From Patescibacteria group bacterium (GTDB lineage Bacteria; Patescibacteriota; Minisyncoccia; Phycocordibacterales; UBA918): a stretch of 64,000 nt of DNA. The DNA is taken from NCBI GenBank assembly GCA_019752815.1, contig JAIELQ010000014.1, positions 1,035-65,034 on the forward strand, in the 5' to 3' direction. The position numbers and the translations under genes are program-made. The notes beneath the pieces were generated by a model. It saw only the letters and a program-made list of their open reading frames with translations, did no database searches and was not told where the DNA came from. Below are positions 49,801-59,600 of the stretch, one piece after another (position 1 is the stretch's first letter; each line of letters begins with the position of its first letter).

Positions 49801-49876
49801 AAGTGACGAAGGAGGAAGTGTCGGAGGGGATGGAAGTAGTGAAGGCGGGACAGGAGGAGACGGTAGTGGCGTATAA
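40832..49876 (+). CDS. Giant (3014 aa) tail-fibre-like surface protein with two LVIVD-type propellers and a putative C-terminal autochaperone
   Basis: Signal/TM; INYQGKL..GLFSVMLG N-domain; GNVGIG(S/T)T repeats; 2x7 LVIVD-like repeats; FTGSH..GDYLISS domain; CVDGEC motif; acidic Gly/Pro tail. Confidence 0.8.
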   Translation: MSFYPSKNKSRTVLIASGLLLILGIYFMASLVSVVWAAPNLQINYQGKLTNASNVAVADAGYQMEFSLYTTDVGGTAIWTETRTGVNEVIVDNGLFSVMLGSVNSLAGVDFNQTLYLGVTVEADSEMTPRKVLGATPAAFEANNATTVGGVASTSLLRNDRIGTIATTSASTLLTITQSGTGDILNLFDGGTEVFSVLDGGNVGIGSTSPSARLTVGGNAFIAGNLTATGSLNIAGTSTLATTTVSSLAIGSLSGLLFGTAGNVSTIATSTLAIALADTTGTLAATRGGTGLSTITQNQLLIGGAGNTWTQVATSSLGLSAAFTTIAQLDTLITDVTGVTGTGSFVLSASPTFTGTSIFANSSTTNATTTNATTTNFTITGLTSGRVPFITTGGRLTDSANLAFDGTRLSTVNFGASGTSSLLGAVSIGTSTQPYLLTVAGTFGVVSSSLSPVFTADATTGRVAIGTSTASTTETLTIAGGSIDVLPSGLRIVGQLDTLTDSQAGLVVEDGIVYGVSNNPATDLHIVDASNPQSPRILSETSAPSSGDLVKVGNYLYMFGGLSSIGEVEDISNPSAPVTVGTFDMGQTTREAVVDGNYIFVGTNSATTSVVVYDITNRINPQQIAIINAGAAVTDLSVHQNKLYLALASTTAALRIYNIQNPVVPTLLGTAAASSTPTAITATNDRVYLGANVSGNRELYVYQTTNPTSIQLLTSIDITTSVSDMMAVDETLYVTGNSVRAFIAYDISSSTQIIEQGRVSLGASTIYDFDIEGQYAYVGGQVPTQGLAIIKLSGLTAPSVQSGALYAEQLRALQANISGNLNVAGRVAFGLDASIARRLDVGTSLTIGTTSTSSNALTVAGNAALFGNLTITGTTTISNLALTGVFRDATNASGTLGQILQSTGTSTRWVATSSLGLLTSAITGIGPAGQIQSGPTITLATSTGSFNGLTLGTTITATGNTITYTPSITGALTNAGIATPWLSFATTSTGSDISFSSASSTLGGTVTLNIPNAGPSARGLLTSADWTTFNGKISSTSLDTIAELDTLITDVTGVTGTGSFVLSTSPTFTGTASFASTTNSGQLTVTGTSTLATTSVSSLAIGSLSGLLFGTAGNVSTIATSTLGIALSDTTGTLAATRGGTGLSSYATGDLIYASGANTLANRTIGSTGNVLSVVGGVPTWVATSTLGLSGLSTFLGLTDTPSSYTANRIFFTNSGATAVTDSANFTFDGTRLSTLNLAVTGTSTFTGTSTFATSTFSRINIGTTTSAGLITLAGGGVVATTPNNLRVAGTFNTSGSANGVAVSGRYAYVADSSAGLQIIDISRPSSPSLEGTFNTSGNAYDVKVVGRYAYVADGASGLQIIDISNPASTTLVGTYDTNNAEGLDVSGRYAYIADATTGLVIVDISNPSNPTLVVSYDTTGIFATDVAVVGRYAYVADGLAGLQIIDVTNPAVPVLMSTFNTADNATGVYVVGRYAYVADGGSGLQIVDISNPAIPTLAGSVDTPGTANDVVVAGGIAYLSDFSSSLQVIDVSNATSPFILQSFVTTGIMNNVAIAGRYLYAGDNTAGLQIVDINGSDFSSLFAGALGATEANFDSNLIVGNDITVGGKLSVGHDSIINGGLTIIGTASSTLLGNNTGPGLVVATGNVGIGSTSPSAKLTVAGAGFFGGNLTATGSLAIFGTSTLATTSIARLALAGAFLDSTNDSGTSGMVLQSSGTSTRWVATSTLGFATGVSNFLALSDTPDVFTANRIPFTNGAATALVDNDNFTYSSSTQFLTLGGNPSLEYGINFGGAGRIYGTNSLGTEDLVMISSNNIFLASGDDSSSIDVSLGGVFSIFAATSTTIISPVITALGDLTVTGSLGISGTTTLATTTVTDLFVSAALRDTTNSAGTLGQILQSTGTSTRWVATSTLGFSAAFTTIAQLDALISDVTGVTGTGSFVLSASPTFTGTSIFANSSTTNATTTNATTTNFAITGLTSGRVPFITTGGRLTDSTNFTFDGSRLSTLNLNVTGTSTFTGTSTFAGNVGIGTTTPSSVLSIVGSLAQQEFGFGDAQYILRGTNSSTGRAFFAGVAGNGASERAGYMSVGLTEMVVGTQSLGGSIPLRFMTNDAMRMTIDTNGNIGIGTTTPASRLDVWGDFRVGTSSSALVYANTLNRQFVVGSSSLITENNNGDIPRMAIVGTRTSGRPTMLLIEEEGVGQFESAALQFDRATPLTNSSMGQINFMDAGSIDAWTDVGDNAAGSLRFNTDTPSAGGVVEQMRITSSGNVGIGTTTPNSRLTVSGNTFLGGNLTATGTLAILGTSTLATTSITRLALAGAFLDSTNASGTLGMVLQSTGTSTRWVATSTLGFSGGGASTFLALTDTPSSYTANRVMFTNGGATALTDSANFTFDGSRLSTLNLNVTGTSTFIGTTTLATTTINGLVQMGTTSVDSRFNLDVNNFAVAGTAGLNRYYTSTNAASGTVQFGELAYSRLNTTATTTYVGSMFRVEDSTTRGNTVRGLEVQTNRGSNTQGENTALSGFARTFGVRGFTSADAGSVFEPAGGYFETGGTTQGNAIRGYSSTITSAGLLSLFQDTSVFSGTGLTMNLGNGTGSFTGKFVDLQVAGSSRFNVASTGTMFTLGDISINSTNTDPAANNVVGMYLGANGFASINRSANPAMNLGRSNDGAVLQFYSAGAVQGSVSIAGATVSYNAFTGSHFGLTGSTTYPMGTLMQLSGDNQSYNDDPASEILYGMEETTEENSSLVIGSYLSVLEPSQAESTANPTLVMAVGNGALWVADQGEDITRGDYLISSNIAGHAERDPQTAPTSYIIARASEDINWNEVTTEINGVKHKRITVFFENFTRSNIDLALIASSTVELADITEESQTGQFMTGLFAKLTEWFGSAQNGIEDMYANVFNASERICVDGECLTADDIRDLKDALQGGGSNNPPPQNSGDGGGSGESGDTGGETPPPSDEGGGEAGGGGDEIPPPAEGGDTGGETPPPSDEGGSVGGDGSSEGGTGGDGSGV

Positions 49877-49926
49877 AATTAATCACGACAAAACAAAAGT
49901 CAGCATCTAGAACATTACACATATAT

Positions 49927-50694
49927 ATGTACAGCAATCAAACACAATCACTCAATCATCTCGTACACAGAGTATTTTCTGTGTGGATTTTTGTACTGTT
50001 AGTACTGATGTTCGGGGTATGTCTCTCATTTTTGGTGGTACACAATGATGCATATGCTGCCGGTGTTGACTCCTGGGCCACCCCATCAGCTGCTGGTGAT
50101 AATGATATTTGGAATAGCGTGACCTTCGGTAATGGAGTATATGTTGCAGTGGCGTCAAGTACTGTTGCCGGGGGTAATAATGCGGTGATGTATTCTAGTG
50201 ACGGTATCACCTGGGCCACGACTTCAGTGTCTGGTGATAATGATATTTGGAATAGCGTGACCTTCGGTAACGGTCTTTTTCTAGCAGTGGGAGCAGGGTT
50301 GGGTATCGACCGGGTCATGTATTCTGATAATGGTATCACCTGGGCCACGACTTCTGCCGCTGGTAATAACGATCTTTGGAATGATGTTACCTATGGTAAT
50401 GGTGTATATGTTGCGGTGGCGTCAAGTACCGTAGCGGGAGGTAATCATGCAGTGATGTACTCCAGTGATGGTGTTACCTGGACTACTGCCACGGCCGCTG
50501 ATGATAATGACTATTGGGAAAGTGTCACTTTTGGCAACGGTCGTTTTGTGGCCGTTGGTCGTGGTGGTGACCGAGTCATGTATTCGAGTAACGGTATTGC
50601 CTGGACCGCTGCGACCCCTGCCGGTAATGATGATACTTGGATGTCTGTTACCTACGGCAACGGTCGATATGTGGCGGTGAACCGGGGCCGATAG
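49927..50694 (+). CDS. N-terminal part of the frameshifted giant adhesin (signal peptide plus 5 VTYGNG repeats)
   Basis: Signal ending AYA; the repeats continue in the +1 frame (ADRVMYS). Confidence 0.7.
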   Translation: MYSNQTQSLNHLVHRVFSVWIFVLLVLMFGVCLSFLVVHNDAYAAGVDSWATPSAAGDNDIWNSVTFGNGVYVAVASSTVAGGNNAVMYSSDGITWATTSVSGDNDIWNSVTFGNGLFLAVGAGLGIDRVMYSDNGITWATTSAAGNNDLWNDVTYGNGVYVAVASSTVAGGNHAVMYSSDGVTWTTATAADDNDYWESVTFGNGRFVAVGRGGDRVMYSSNGIAWTAATPAGNDDTWMSVTYGNGRYVAVNRGR

Positions 50695-50698
50695 AGTC

Positions 50699-53600
50699 AT
50701 GTACTCAAACGATGGTATTACCTGGGCCACCTCAAGTGCCGCCGGTAATAATGATAGCTGGATATCGGTCACGTATGGTAATGGGCATTATGTGGGAGTT
50801 GGTAATTCTGGTGACCGAGTCATGTACTCAAACGATGGTATTACCTGGGCCACCACCACTGCTTCCGGTGATAATGATAGCTGGAATAGTATCACGTACA
50901 TAAATGGTCGATTTACGGTAGTCGGATCTGGACCGGGTACTAACCGAGTCATGTACGCGAATGCTTTTAATATTCTAGAACAAACGGCGTTTCGTTTCCG
51001 GGCTGATGACGGCAGTGAAATTGCGGCCAGTTATCGTGGAGGGCAAAACCAAAACCTCACCACTCCTACCAGTACCGCATTTCGATTGCGTGCTCAGGTA
51101 GCATCAACCATTGATCAGAATCTCCTTGGTGGATTTAAACTGCAGTACCGAGAAACTACTGATGATAGCTGGTTTGATGTCGGAGTTGATCAGGGTGCGC
51201 CATCAATTGTGGCGGCCACTTCAAGTCGTACTGCTGGGGACGTGCTCTCTCGTACTGTCGCGTTACCGACTTGTACGGCCGGAAATCTTTTGTTAGCGGT
51301 CGTTAGTTATGATGGTGTCGGTTCGGCAACTACCACGCTTTCTCAGGGTTGGACCAAATTTGCGGAACGCTCCAATGCACTTGTCGTATCGAGTGTGCTG
51401 TTTTGGAAATATTCGACGGGGAACGATACTCTCACTGTGCAAACCCCGGTGTCGGAGGAAAGTTCACATGTTGTGTACTGTATTGCAAATGCTGGTGCCC
51501 CATCAGCTTCGGGGGCTGATAGTAGTGGTACCGGCAGTAATCCACCCTTACATCGCGCCGGGCCAACCAGACAGCATCTCTGGATTGTGGTCCGTTCGGG
51601 TGATGCGCAAATACAGGCGACGGCGGCACCAACAGGCTATACAGCACCCATTGTGATAACGGCCAATACCCTTACTGGTGCTTCAACGTATACAGCATTC
51701 TCCATGTTCCTGTCTTCGACAACTGACCCCGGTACTTTTACGAATGCGGTTGAAGAGTGGGTGGCCTGGACGATTGCGGTGCCGCCACGACATACACCAG
51801 TCGTGGGGACGGCTGGCATGATGACCCATGCGACTGCAACCGGTGCCAATAATACCCAATATGGTTCGATTGCCTGGACTAATCCAAACAATGCTCGTTC
51901 ATCTGATAATGCTCGGGCGACCTTGACGGTCTCTAGTACGACAGCTTCTAACAACCTAACGGTTTCAAGTCTTGGTTTTGCAATTCCAGCCGGAGCAACC
52001 ATTCTGGGGATTGAGGCTGAAGTAGAAAAAACTCAGACGGGTGGTGCAGCAGGTAATGTGCGTGACAACAGTATCCGACTGCTAAAAAATGGTACGACTA
52101 CAGGTATTGCCAATCTTGCTCAGACAGCCACCAACTGGCTGTTGACCACCGATTACCTTATTACCTACGGGAGTACAACCGAGTTGTGGGGGACGACGTG
52201 GACGCCTGCTGATATTAACAACTCGGGCTTCGGTCTCGCAATTGCCGTCCAGGGTGCTGCTGTGGGAGCTAACCGGGTGGCTAACATTGATAACGTGATT
52301 ATCCGTGTACACTACCGCTTACCGGGTAGTATTGCGCTGGCCTCATCAACGTTTATAGCCAGTGGGGCACCGTCAACCACTGCACAACTGCTAACCCCGG
52401 GCACCATTGCCGCTACCTCAACCGGCTTTTCGGCTGGTCGGGTGACCGATGATGTGGCCGTGCTCAATCAGTTGTCAGTCGTTACCAGTCGTTATACCGA
52501 ACTCGAGTGGACACTGGTTGCTACGGGTACGGCCACGACCGGTTCACAATATTTACTTCGGGTGGTTTCTGAGAATGGGGACCCACTGCAAGCCTACAAG
52601 ACAACACCATTTGTACGTATCAGCAACGCAACCACTACCGGAGTGATAAACATTTCAGGCAGAGTGCTCGGTCCAACCGGTTCTGCAACCATACCAGCAG
52701 GTGTACCGATTGTGGCTGCGGTAGGGCAATTAAATCCTGTGCTATACGCCACTACCACCTCCGCCACTGGTGCGTATACATTTTCCATAGCTACCGGGAC
52801 CACACCGGGTGCGAGCTGGGATGGAGTATCAGCTGTGGGTAATAATGATATCTGGCAAAGTGTGACCTACGGCAATGGTCTCTTTGTGGCCGTGGGTAGT
52901 ACATCAGTTGATAATGTTATGATTTCAACTGACGGAATCGCCTGGGCTACTACTTCAGCGGTCGGTAACAACGACTCGTGGGAGAGTGTAACCTACGGCA
53001 ACGGCCGCTTTGTGGCAGTGGGTGATGCCGGGGATCGGGTGATGTATTCAGATGAGGGTATTGTCTGGAACACCACCTCAGTGGCTGGCAATAATGATAG
53101 TTGGCGAAGTGTAACCTACGGCAACGGCCGCTTCGTAGCGGTGGGTAGTGCTGGTGACCGGGTGATGTATTCAGACGATGGTATATCCTGGACTGTAGTG
53201 ACGGCTCTTGGTAATAATGATTTCTGGCAAAGTGTAACCTACGGCAACGGCCGCTTCGTAGCGGTGGGTGATTACCTGCAGCCTGGAGATGGGGTGATGT
53301 ATTCAGACGATGGTATATCCTGGACTGTAGTTTCAGCTGCTGGAAGTGACGATACGTGGCGATCGGTAACCTACGGCAACGGCCGCTTTGTAGCGGTGGG
53401 TGAGGGTGGTGACACTCGTGTCATGTATTCGACTGACGGTATCTCTTGGACTACCGCTTCTGCTTTAGGAAACAACGATACTTGGACATCAATAACCTAC
53501 GGCAACGGCCGGTTTGTAGCGGTGGGTGTTGGTGATGTTGTCAGTGAACAGGCGATGTATTCGACTGACGGCATCTCTTGGACGGTAGCGTCTGCACCAG

Positions 53601-56600
53601 CAGGAGCTAATACGTGGCGATCGGTAACCTACGGCAACGGCCGCTTTGTAGCGGTCAGTGCTTCTGGTCAGCCAGTGATGCTTTCTGATGCCGGTATTGG
53701 CGACACTACTCCTGCCGTCGTCTACACCAATAACGCCACTACCAGTGCAGCGGGTTTTATGATGGGACTCTCTGGCACCACCAGTCAAAGTAATGTCGTA
53801 CTGTATCAAAATGATGTCACCGTATTAAATGCCACCACCTCAGCGACCTCTAGTATTACCAAACTCGATGACATGACTTTCTTTGACAGTTCATTTGATA
53901 GTAATGTGGGCTATAGTGCGTCCCGAGACGGTACCCTCACCTTCACAGATGACCTCCGGGTTGCGACCGGCACTGCTCAGTTTTTGGGTAGAGATTTTAG
54001 AGTCGAGCAAGAAGTTGAGATTCAAGGGGTATTAGATTTATTTGGAACAGCATCAAACACGATTAATAGTCTCGTAGTCGCTACATCAGGTCGACTGGTG
54101 GGAACGCGTAATGGTTTGATAGTCGGCAGCTACAACAATAATGGGACGGTGGTTACGAATGGGGCGACTACGACCTTTGTTGGTTTAACTGGATACAACA
54201 CGCAGTATCCCGTGTTTCAAACCAGTACGACCACCGAATCTGTAGGTAGCACAATGAATGGTATTGCTATGTCTGAAGATGGGACAAAGTTTTTCTATAC
54301 TAACTTTGACCAAGTAAAAGAAGTGACGCTCAGTGTCCCGTACGACCTGCGGACTGGTTCCATCACTCATACTGTAGATCTAGAGAATGGATTTTATATT
54401 ACGACTGAAAGTCTGCATGTGGTGCAGGATGGTCGCAAAATGTATGTCAGTGGCTGGCAAAATGACACGATTAAAGAATACACCCTGAGCGTGCCATGGA
54501 ATCTCTCCACTGCCACGTTTACGGCAAGTACTAGTTTGGGGGCAAATAACTTCCCGCATTCAGTCTTTGTGTCAGACGATGGTCAACATTTGTACTCGAC
54601 CGTGCGGTCGCCAGAGCGAATTCGGCAATACCGCTTTGCGGTGCCGTACGATATCACGAGTCTCGTTTTCGTAGCTTCAACCAGTAATAATGAACGAATT
54701 GCAAGTAACGCTATTTGGGCCAGTCCCGATGGCGAATTTCTGATACAAGCAGGCGCTCAGGGGTCTATTAATCGCTTGCGGATGACGACGCCGTGGGATA
54801 TCACATCCCTAGTGACAGATAACAGTGGCAACAGTGTTTTGACTGAGTTAATCACAGACAATAATCGAGATGTGGAGGGTTTTTGGTTTGATCGTACCGG
54901 TACCAAAATGGTGGCCATAACTGCTGATCGAATCGCGGCCCTCTACACCCTCGGGGCAGACATTGGTGGTAATCTCACGGGGTCATCATCACTTGGTAGT
55001 GTTGTGTTTGACGGTGGGAAGAGCACGTTTGTCTCGTCAGCGAGTACTACCAATTTGCACGTCAATCCGAACGCAATTTTGGTGGCTCCGACGACTACGC
55101 TTAGCATAGCAGGTAATTACCTCAACACAGGTGAGTTTGATCATGCGAGTTTTAACGGTACCGTGGTATTAAGTGGTACAAGTAGTAGTATTACTGGGAG
55201 TACTACCGGTACCAGTAGCTTGAATAATCTGGTAGTAACGGGGAATTATTCGTTTGCTGGGGCCGGTACTACATCGGTGCGTAATATGACGGTGGTACCA
55301 GGTGCAACGCTTAATTTTGTAGCTAATAGTGGACTTGAGGTAGCGGAGAATTATACAAATAATGGTACTACAACTCTCCCAACCACACGCATAGTCGCTA
55401 CTGGTCGGGGGTTTGACTTGTCTCAGGCCCCACTGGGGAACGAATATTCTGTAGGGGCGCAAACCTTTGAACCTCGTGGAATTGAGTTTTCAGCTACCGG
55501 AAGCCTCATGTACATCACTGAGACTAGTTCAAATCAAATATTGGCCTACCGTTTAGGTATTCCGTGGGAGGTGTCAACCGCTAGTTATCTATATGCCACC
55601 AGTGTCGGAGCGGTCTCTTCAAATGTGACCTCGATTAGGTTTAAGCCGGATGGGATGCGCTTATTTGTCACAAATTATGATAATGATTTCATTGCCGAAT
55701 ATGCCCTCTCAGTGCCGTGGGATATCCGTACGACGTCGTTTCTGGCTACGACTTCGTCAGCCTTTAACATAACTAGTATTGATTTCTCTCGTGATGGTAC
55801 GAGGTTCTATGTACATGGTATCCAAAACAATGGCGTAACAAAGCAGTATACCCTGGGTGTCCCGTGGGACCTCAGTACACAAACGTACACTGACGGGTAT
55901 TATAGTACTCCAGCATTTACCTTGGCTAGTACCATTAGTGCTGATGGGACCAGCTTCTTCCAAAAAGTGGGAAGCGCTATAAGACAGTATCGGTTATTGG
56001 TACCACATGACTTTAATACCGTCCAAATTGTCGGTGATTTTGATTTGTCGCCATTTATGGATCATAACGGTGTCGAAGAAATGACCTTTGATAATGATGG
56101 TACACGGATGTACCTCACGAGTAACTTTACTGACAGTGTCTTTCAATTTAATCTGATTGACTCGCAAACGTTCGGAGGCACTATGACCGGCACTTCATCT
56201 CTGGCTAACTTCCGCGCCTCCAGCACGCTGCCGCTAACATTTGCCGCGACCGCTTCCACGAGTGACTTTACGATTGTGCCTGGCGCAGTAGTATACGCTC
56301 CAACCTCTACCCTGATTGTGTCAGGTAATTTCACTAATGCTGGCACCTTTATCCCGCGTGCTGGTACTACTACACTCTCTGGTACTGCTAGAACTATCAC
56401 CGGGAATATCACCTCATTGGACTCTGTCACCAACAGTCCTGACTACGGTCTTGCCAATATTACTGGAACCTATACATATATAGGTAACGGTACGACTTCA
56501 GCGCTCACGATTAATTCCGGTGCGTCTTTGACAGCTCCGAGTAACGGTAGACTAATGATTGCGCATGATTTTATCAATCGCGGTACGTATACCAATAACG

Positions 56601-59600
56601 GTGCGACGACTACGCTTGGGGGTAACTTGCGCTCGGCTGCGACGGGGACTAATGCGCTCGGGAACACTGTTATTGATGCTCGGAGTCAGGGGCAAAACTG
56701 GCAGGCGCTGACACCGGCGGGAAATAATGATGCCTGGATGGATGTCACCTATGGAGAAGGTCGTTTTGTAGCAGTGAGTCAGTTTAGTGGTGACAAAGTG
56801 ATGTACTCAGATGATGGGGTGTCGTGGACCGCATCGGCTGGTACGGCAGGCGATTGGAATGCCGTTACCTACGGCAACGGCCGTTTTGTCGCGGTGGGGT
56901 TTGCAGGCTCTAACCGGGTGATGTATTCCGATGATGGTATCACCTGGAACGCGGTATCGGTTTTCGGTGATAATGACAGCTGGGTGAGTATCACTTACGG
57001 CAACGGCCGTTTCGTAGCCGGGGCGTCTAGTGGCGATAACCGGGTGATGTATTCGGACGATGGTATCTCGTGGAATGCAGTTTCGGTGTTTGGTAATAAC
57101 GATGAATGGAATGCCGTCACCTACGGCAACGGCCGCTTTGTGGCGGTAGGTGCTGATTGTGGTTCGAGTCCTAGTATGATGTATTCCGCTGACGGAATTA
57201 ATTGGGCATCTTCAACTATTGGTATATGTAAAGTGTACGGTGTCACCTACGGTAACGGCCGCTTCGTGGCGGTGGGAGCATTCAGCGGTACCCCAATTCA
57301 GTATAGTGAGGATGGTGTCACCTGGACCCCAACCACAATCTCTTCAGGTAATTGGTATGATGTCACCTACGGTAACGGCCGCTTCGTGGCGGTTGGTAAT
57401 TTTGCGGCGGGTGACGGTTTGGCATATTCGTCTGATGGTGTTAATTGGGCAACCTCATCAGTTGCCGGAAACGACGAATGGTGGCAGGGTATTGCCTACG
57501 GCAACGGCCGTTTCGTAGCAGTGGCTGAAGACGGCACAAATCGTGCAATGGTTGCTCTCCCGCAAACGATATTCAACCAAAACGCCTCCACCACTAACCT
57601 CACCATTACCGGTAGCTCAACGTTAAACGCCTCTGGTACTACAGTCTCTGTTGCTGGCAACTACCAAAACCTCGGTACGCTCACAGCCTCCACTTCGACC
57701 TTTGTATTTAACGGTACTGGACCACAAGTCGCCAGCGGTACGATGTCAGCGAGCAGTAGCTTCCGCAACCTAACCCTCAGTAACACCTCCGGCAACGGCA
57801 CCACCTCACGTTCGATTACCTTTGGCGCACCACTCTCAGTCACGGGAACTTCGACGATTACCGCGAGTACCTCGGTAGCCTTCCAAGCGGGCGCCACCTC
57901 GACGTTCTCGCAGGTGTCGTGGCAGGGGACAGCAGGATCGCCCGTATGGCTACGATCAACTGCCACTGGTACACCATGGAACCTCACCATTACCGGTAAT
58001 AAAACTGTGGATTATGTTAATGTGCGTGATAGTAACGCAACCTCGACGGTGGGTGGTATTACACCTACAAATAGTACGAATGCCGGCAATAATACCAACT
58101 GGATCTTTGGTGGTGGACCGGTAGCGCAGGTTTGGAACGCAACAGATTGGACCTTGTTCGATACCATTACTATTCAAGAAGAAAACATCGATGCCACCCT
58201 CACTGATTTCCCGGTGTACGTTAATCTCGCTGATCTCAGTAGTACATTCTGGAGTACTACACCTGCGGGAGCTGCCTTGGTTGGTACGGACATTCGCGTA
58301 ACAACTGCTGATAATATCGAGATACCTCGTGAACTGGTGTTTGCATCTTCGACACTTGATACGGGTGAGCTACACTTTAGAGCGCCACAGATTTTATCGA
58401 CTACTGATACCACATTTAAGATTTGGTACAACGGGACAACGACGGGGGATTATGCTCGCACCGCCACCTACGGAACTGAGAATGTGTGGACGAATGATTA
58501 TGTAGCCGTCCTTCACCTTAATGAAGTGGGTAACAGCACTGCAAACGGCTATCTCGATTCAACAACAAATGGTTTTGATGGTACCGGTATCTCTATGACA
58601 GCCACTAGTTCGGTTACTGGAAAGTTAGGTGTTGCTCAAGATCTTGACGGTGTCAGTGACTATATCGATTTGGTTGGAAGTGTCACCTTGGGTAGTTCAA
58701 CCATTAGTACGTGGGTTAATGTTGCCAGTGCAGATCTTCAGCCGTGTGATGGTCTGGTTTTCTCACGCGGGACAAATGTGAGTGGTATTAATGTCGGAAA
58801 CTGTTCCGATGGTTTAAATGTCGGCTATCACTGGAATGATGCACAGTTTGGATGGGCTACCGGTTCGCCAGTGGTGACAAACCGATGGTCCTATATAGCA
58901 CTTGCAGTTGGGGCAGATAGAGCTACTACGTTCAGTAATGGTACATCAACAACAAATGTAGCCACGCACGCAACTTCAACATTTGATGATATACGCATTG
59001 GTGAAGATGAATTTAATGACCGACGATTCAATGGTCAGGTTGATGAGGTTCGCATAGCCTCTACTACTCGTTCGGCAGCTTGGCTCAAAGCTGAGTACAC
59101 AAACCAATCCACCACCACCAACTTCTACACCGTTAACTTGTCTGGGGTAGTTGGCTCGTCTACAATCAGTAACTCCGTCGCGGGGCAGGTTGGGAACGCC
59201 TTCACCTCCCAGAACGTGACCGACGGTACGCTCTATAGCTTCAGGGTAGTACCAAATAGTGGTACAGCTGATGCCACCGAAGTGAGAATTGACGTTACCG
59301 GCCTCCAGAACGTTAACCCTGAAAACTTTAGTAACATGCGGATAGCGTGGGACTTTAATGAAAATGGAACTTTCGACGTTGAAGATTTTGTGATTGTCGA
59401 CAGCGGCCTCTTTACCGCAAATGGTCAAAACGGTTCAATCGCATTTGATGATAATAACGTAACCTTTGGTGGCTCAAATACTCTAACCGGACCAATTAAC
59501 CTGCTTATAATCGCTAACTGGACTGCTCCGCAGAACGGATCGTTTATGACTCTCCGCTTGAATCCTAGTGGACTGACCCTTGTTGATGGTAACGGTGTGC

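Noticed and set aside
39039-49876. Prophage (excisionase-like HTH plus tail-fibre-like gene) or DGR target
   Set aside because: No integrase, capsid, terminase or reverse transcriptase; the proteins carry signal/TM segments; no adenine-specific repeat pair seen
50070-57560. Regularly spaced ACCTACGGCAACGGCCG repeats resembling a CRISPR array
   Set aside because: In-frame coding repeats (TYGNGR) with third-position variation and homologous intervening sequence; no cas genes
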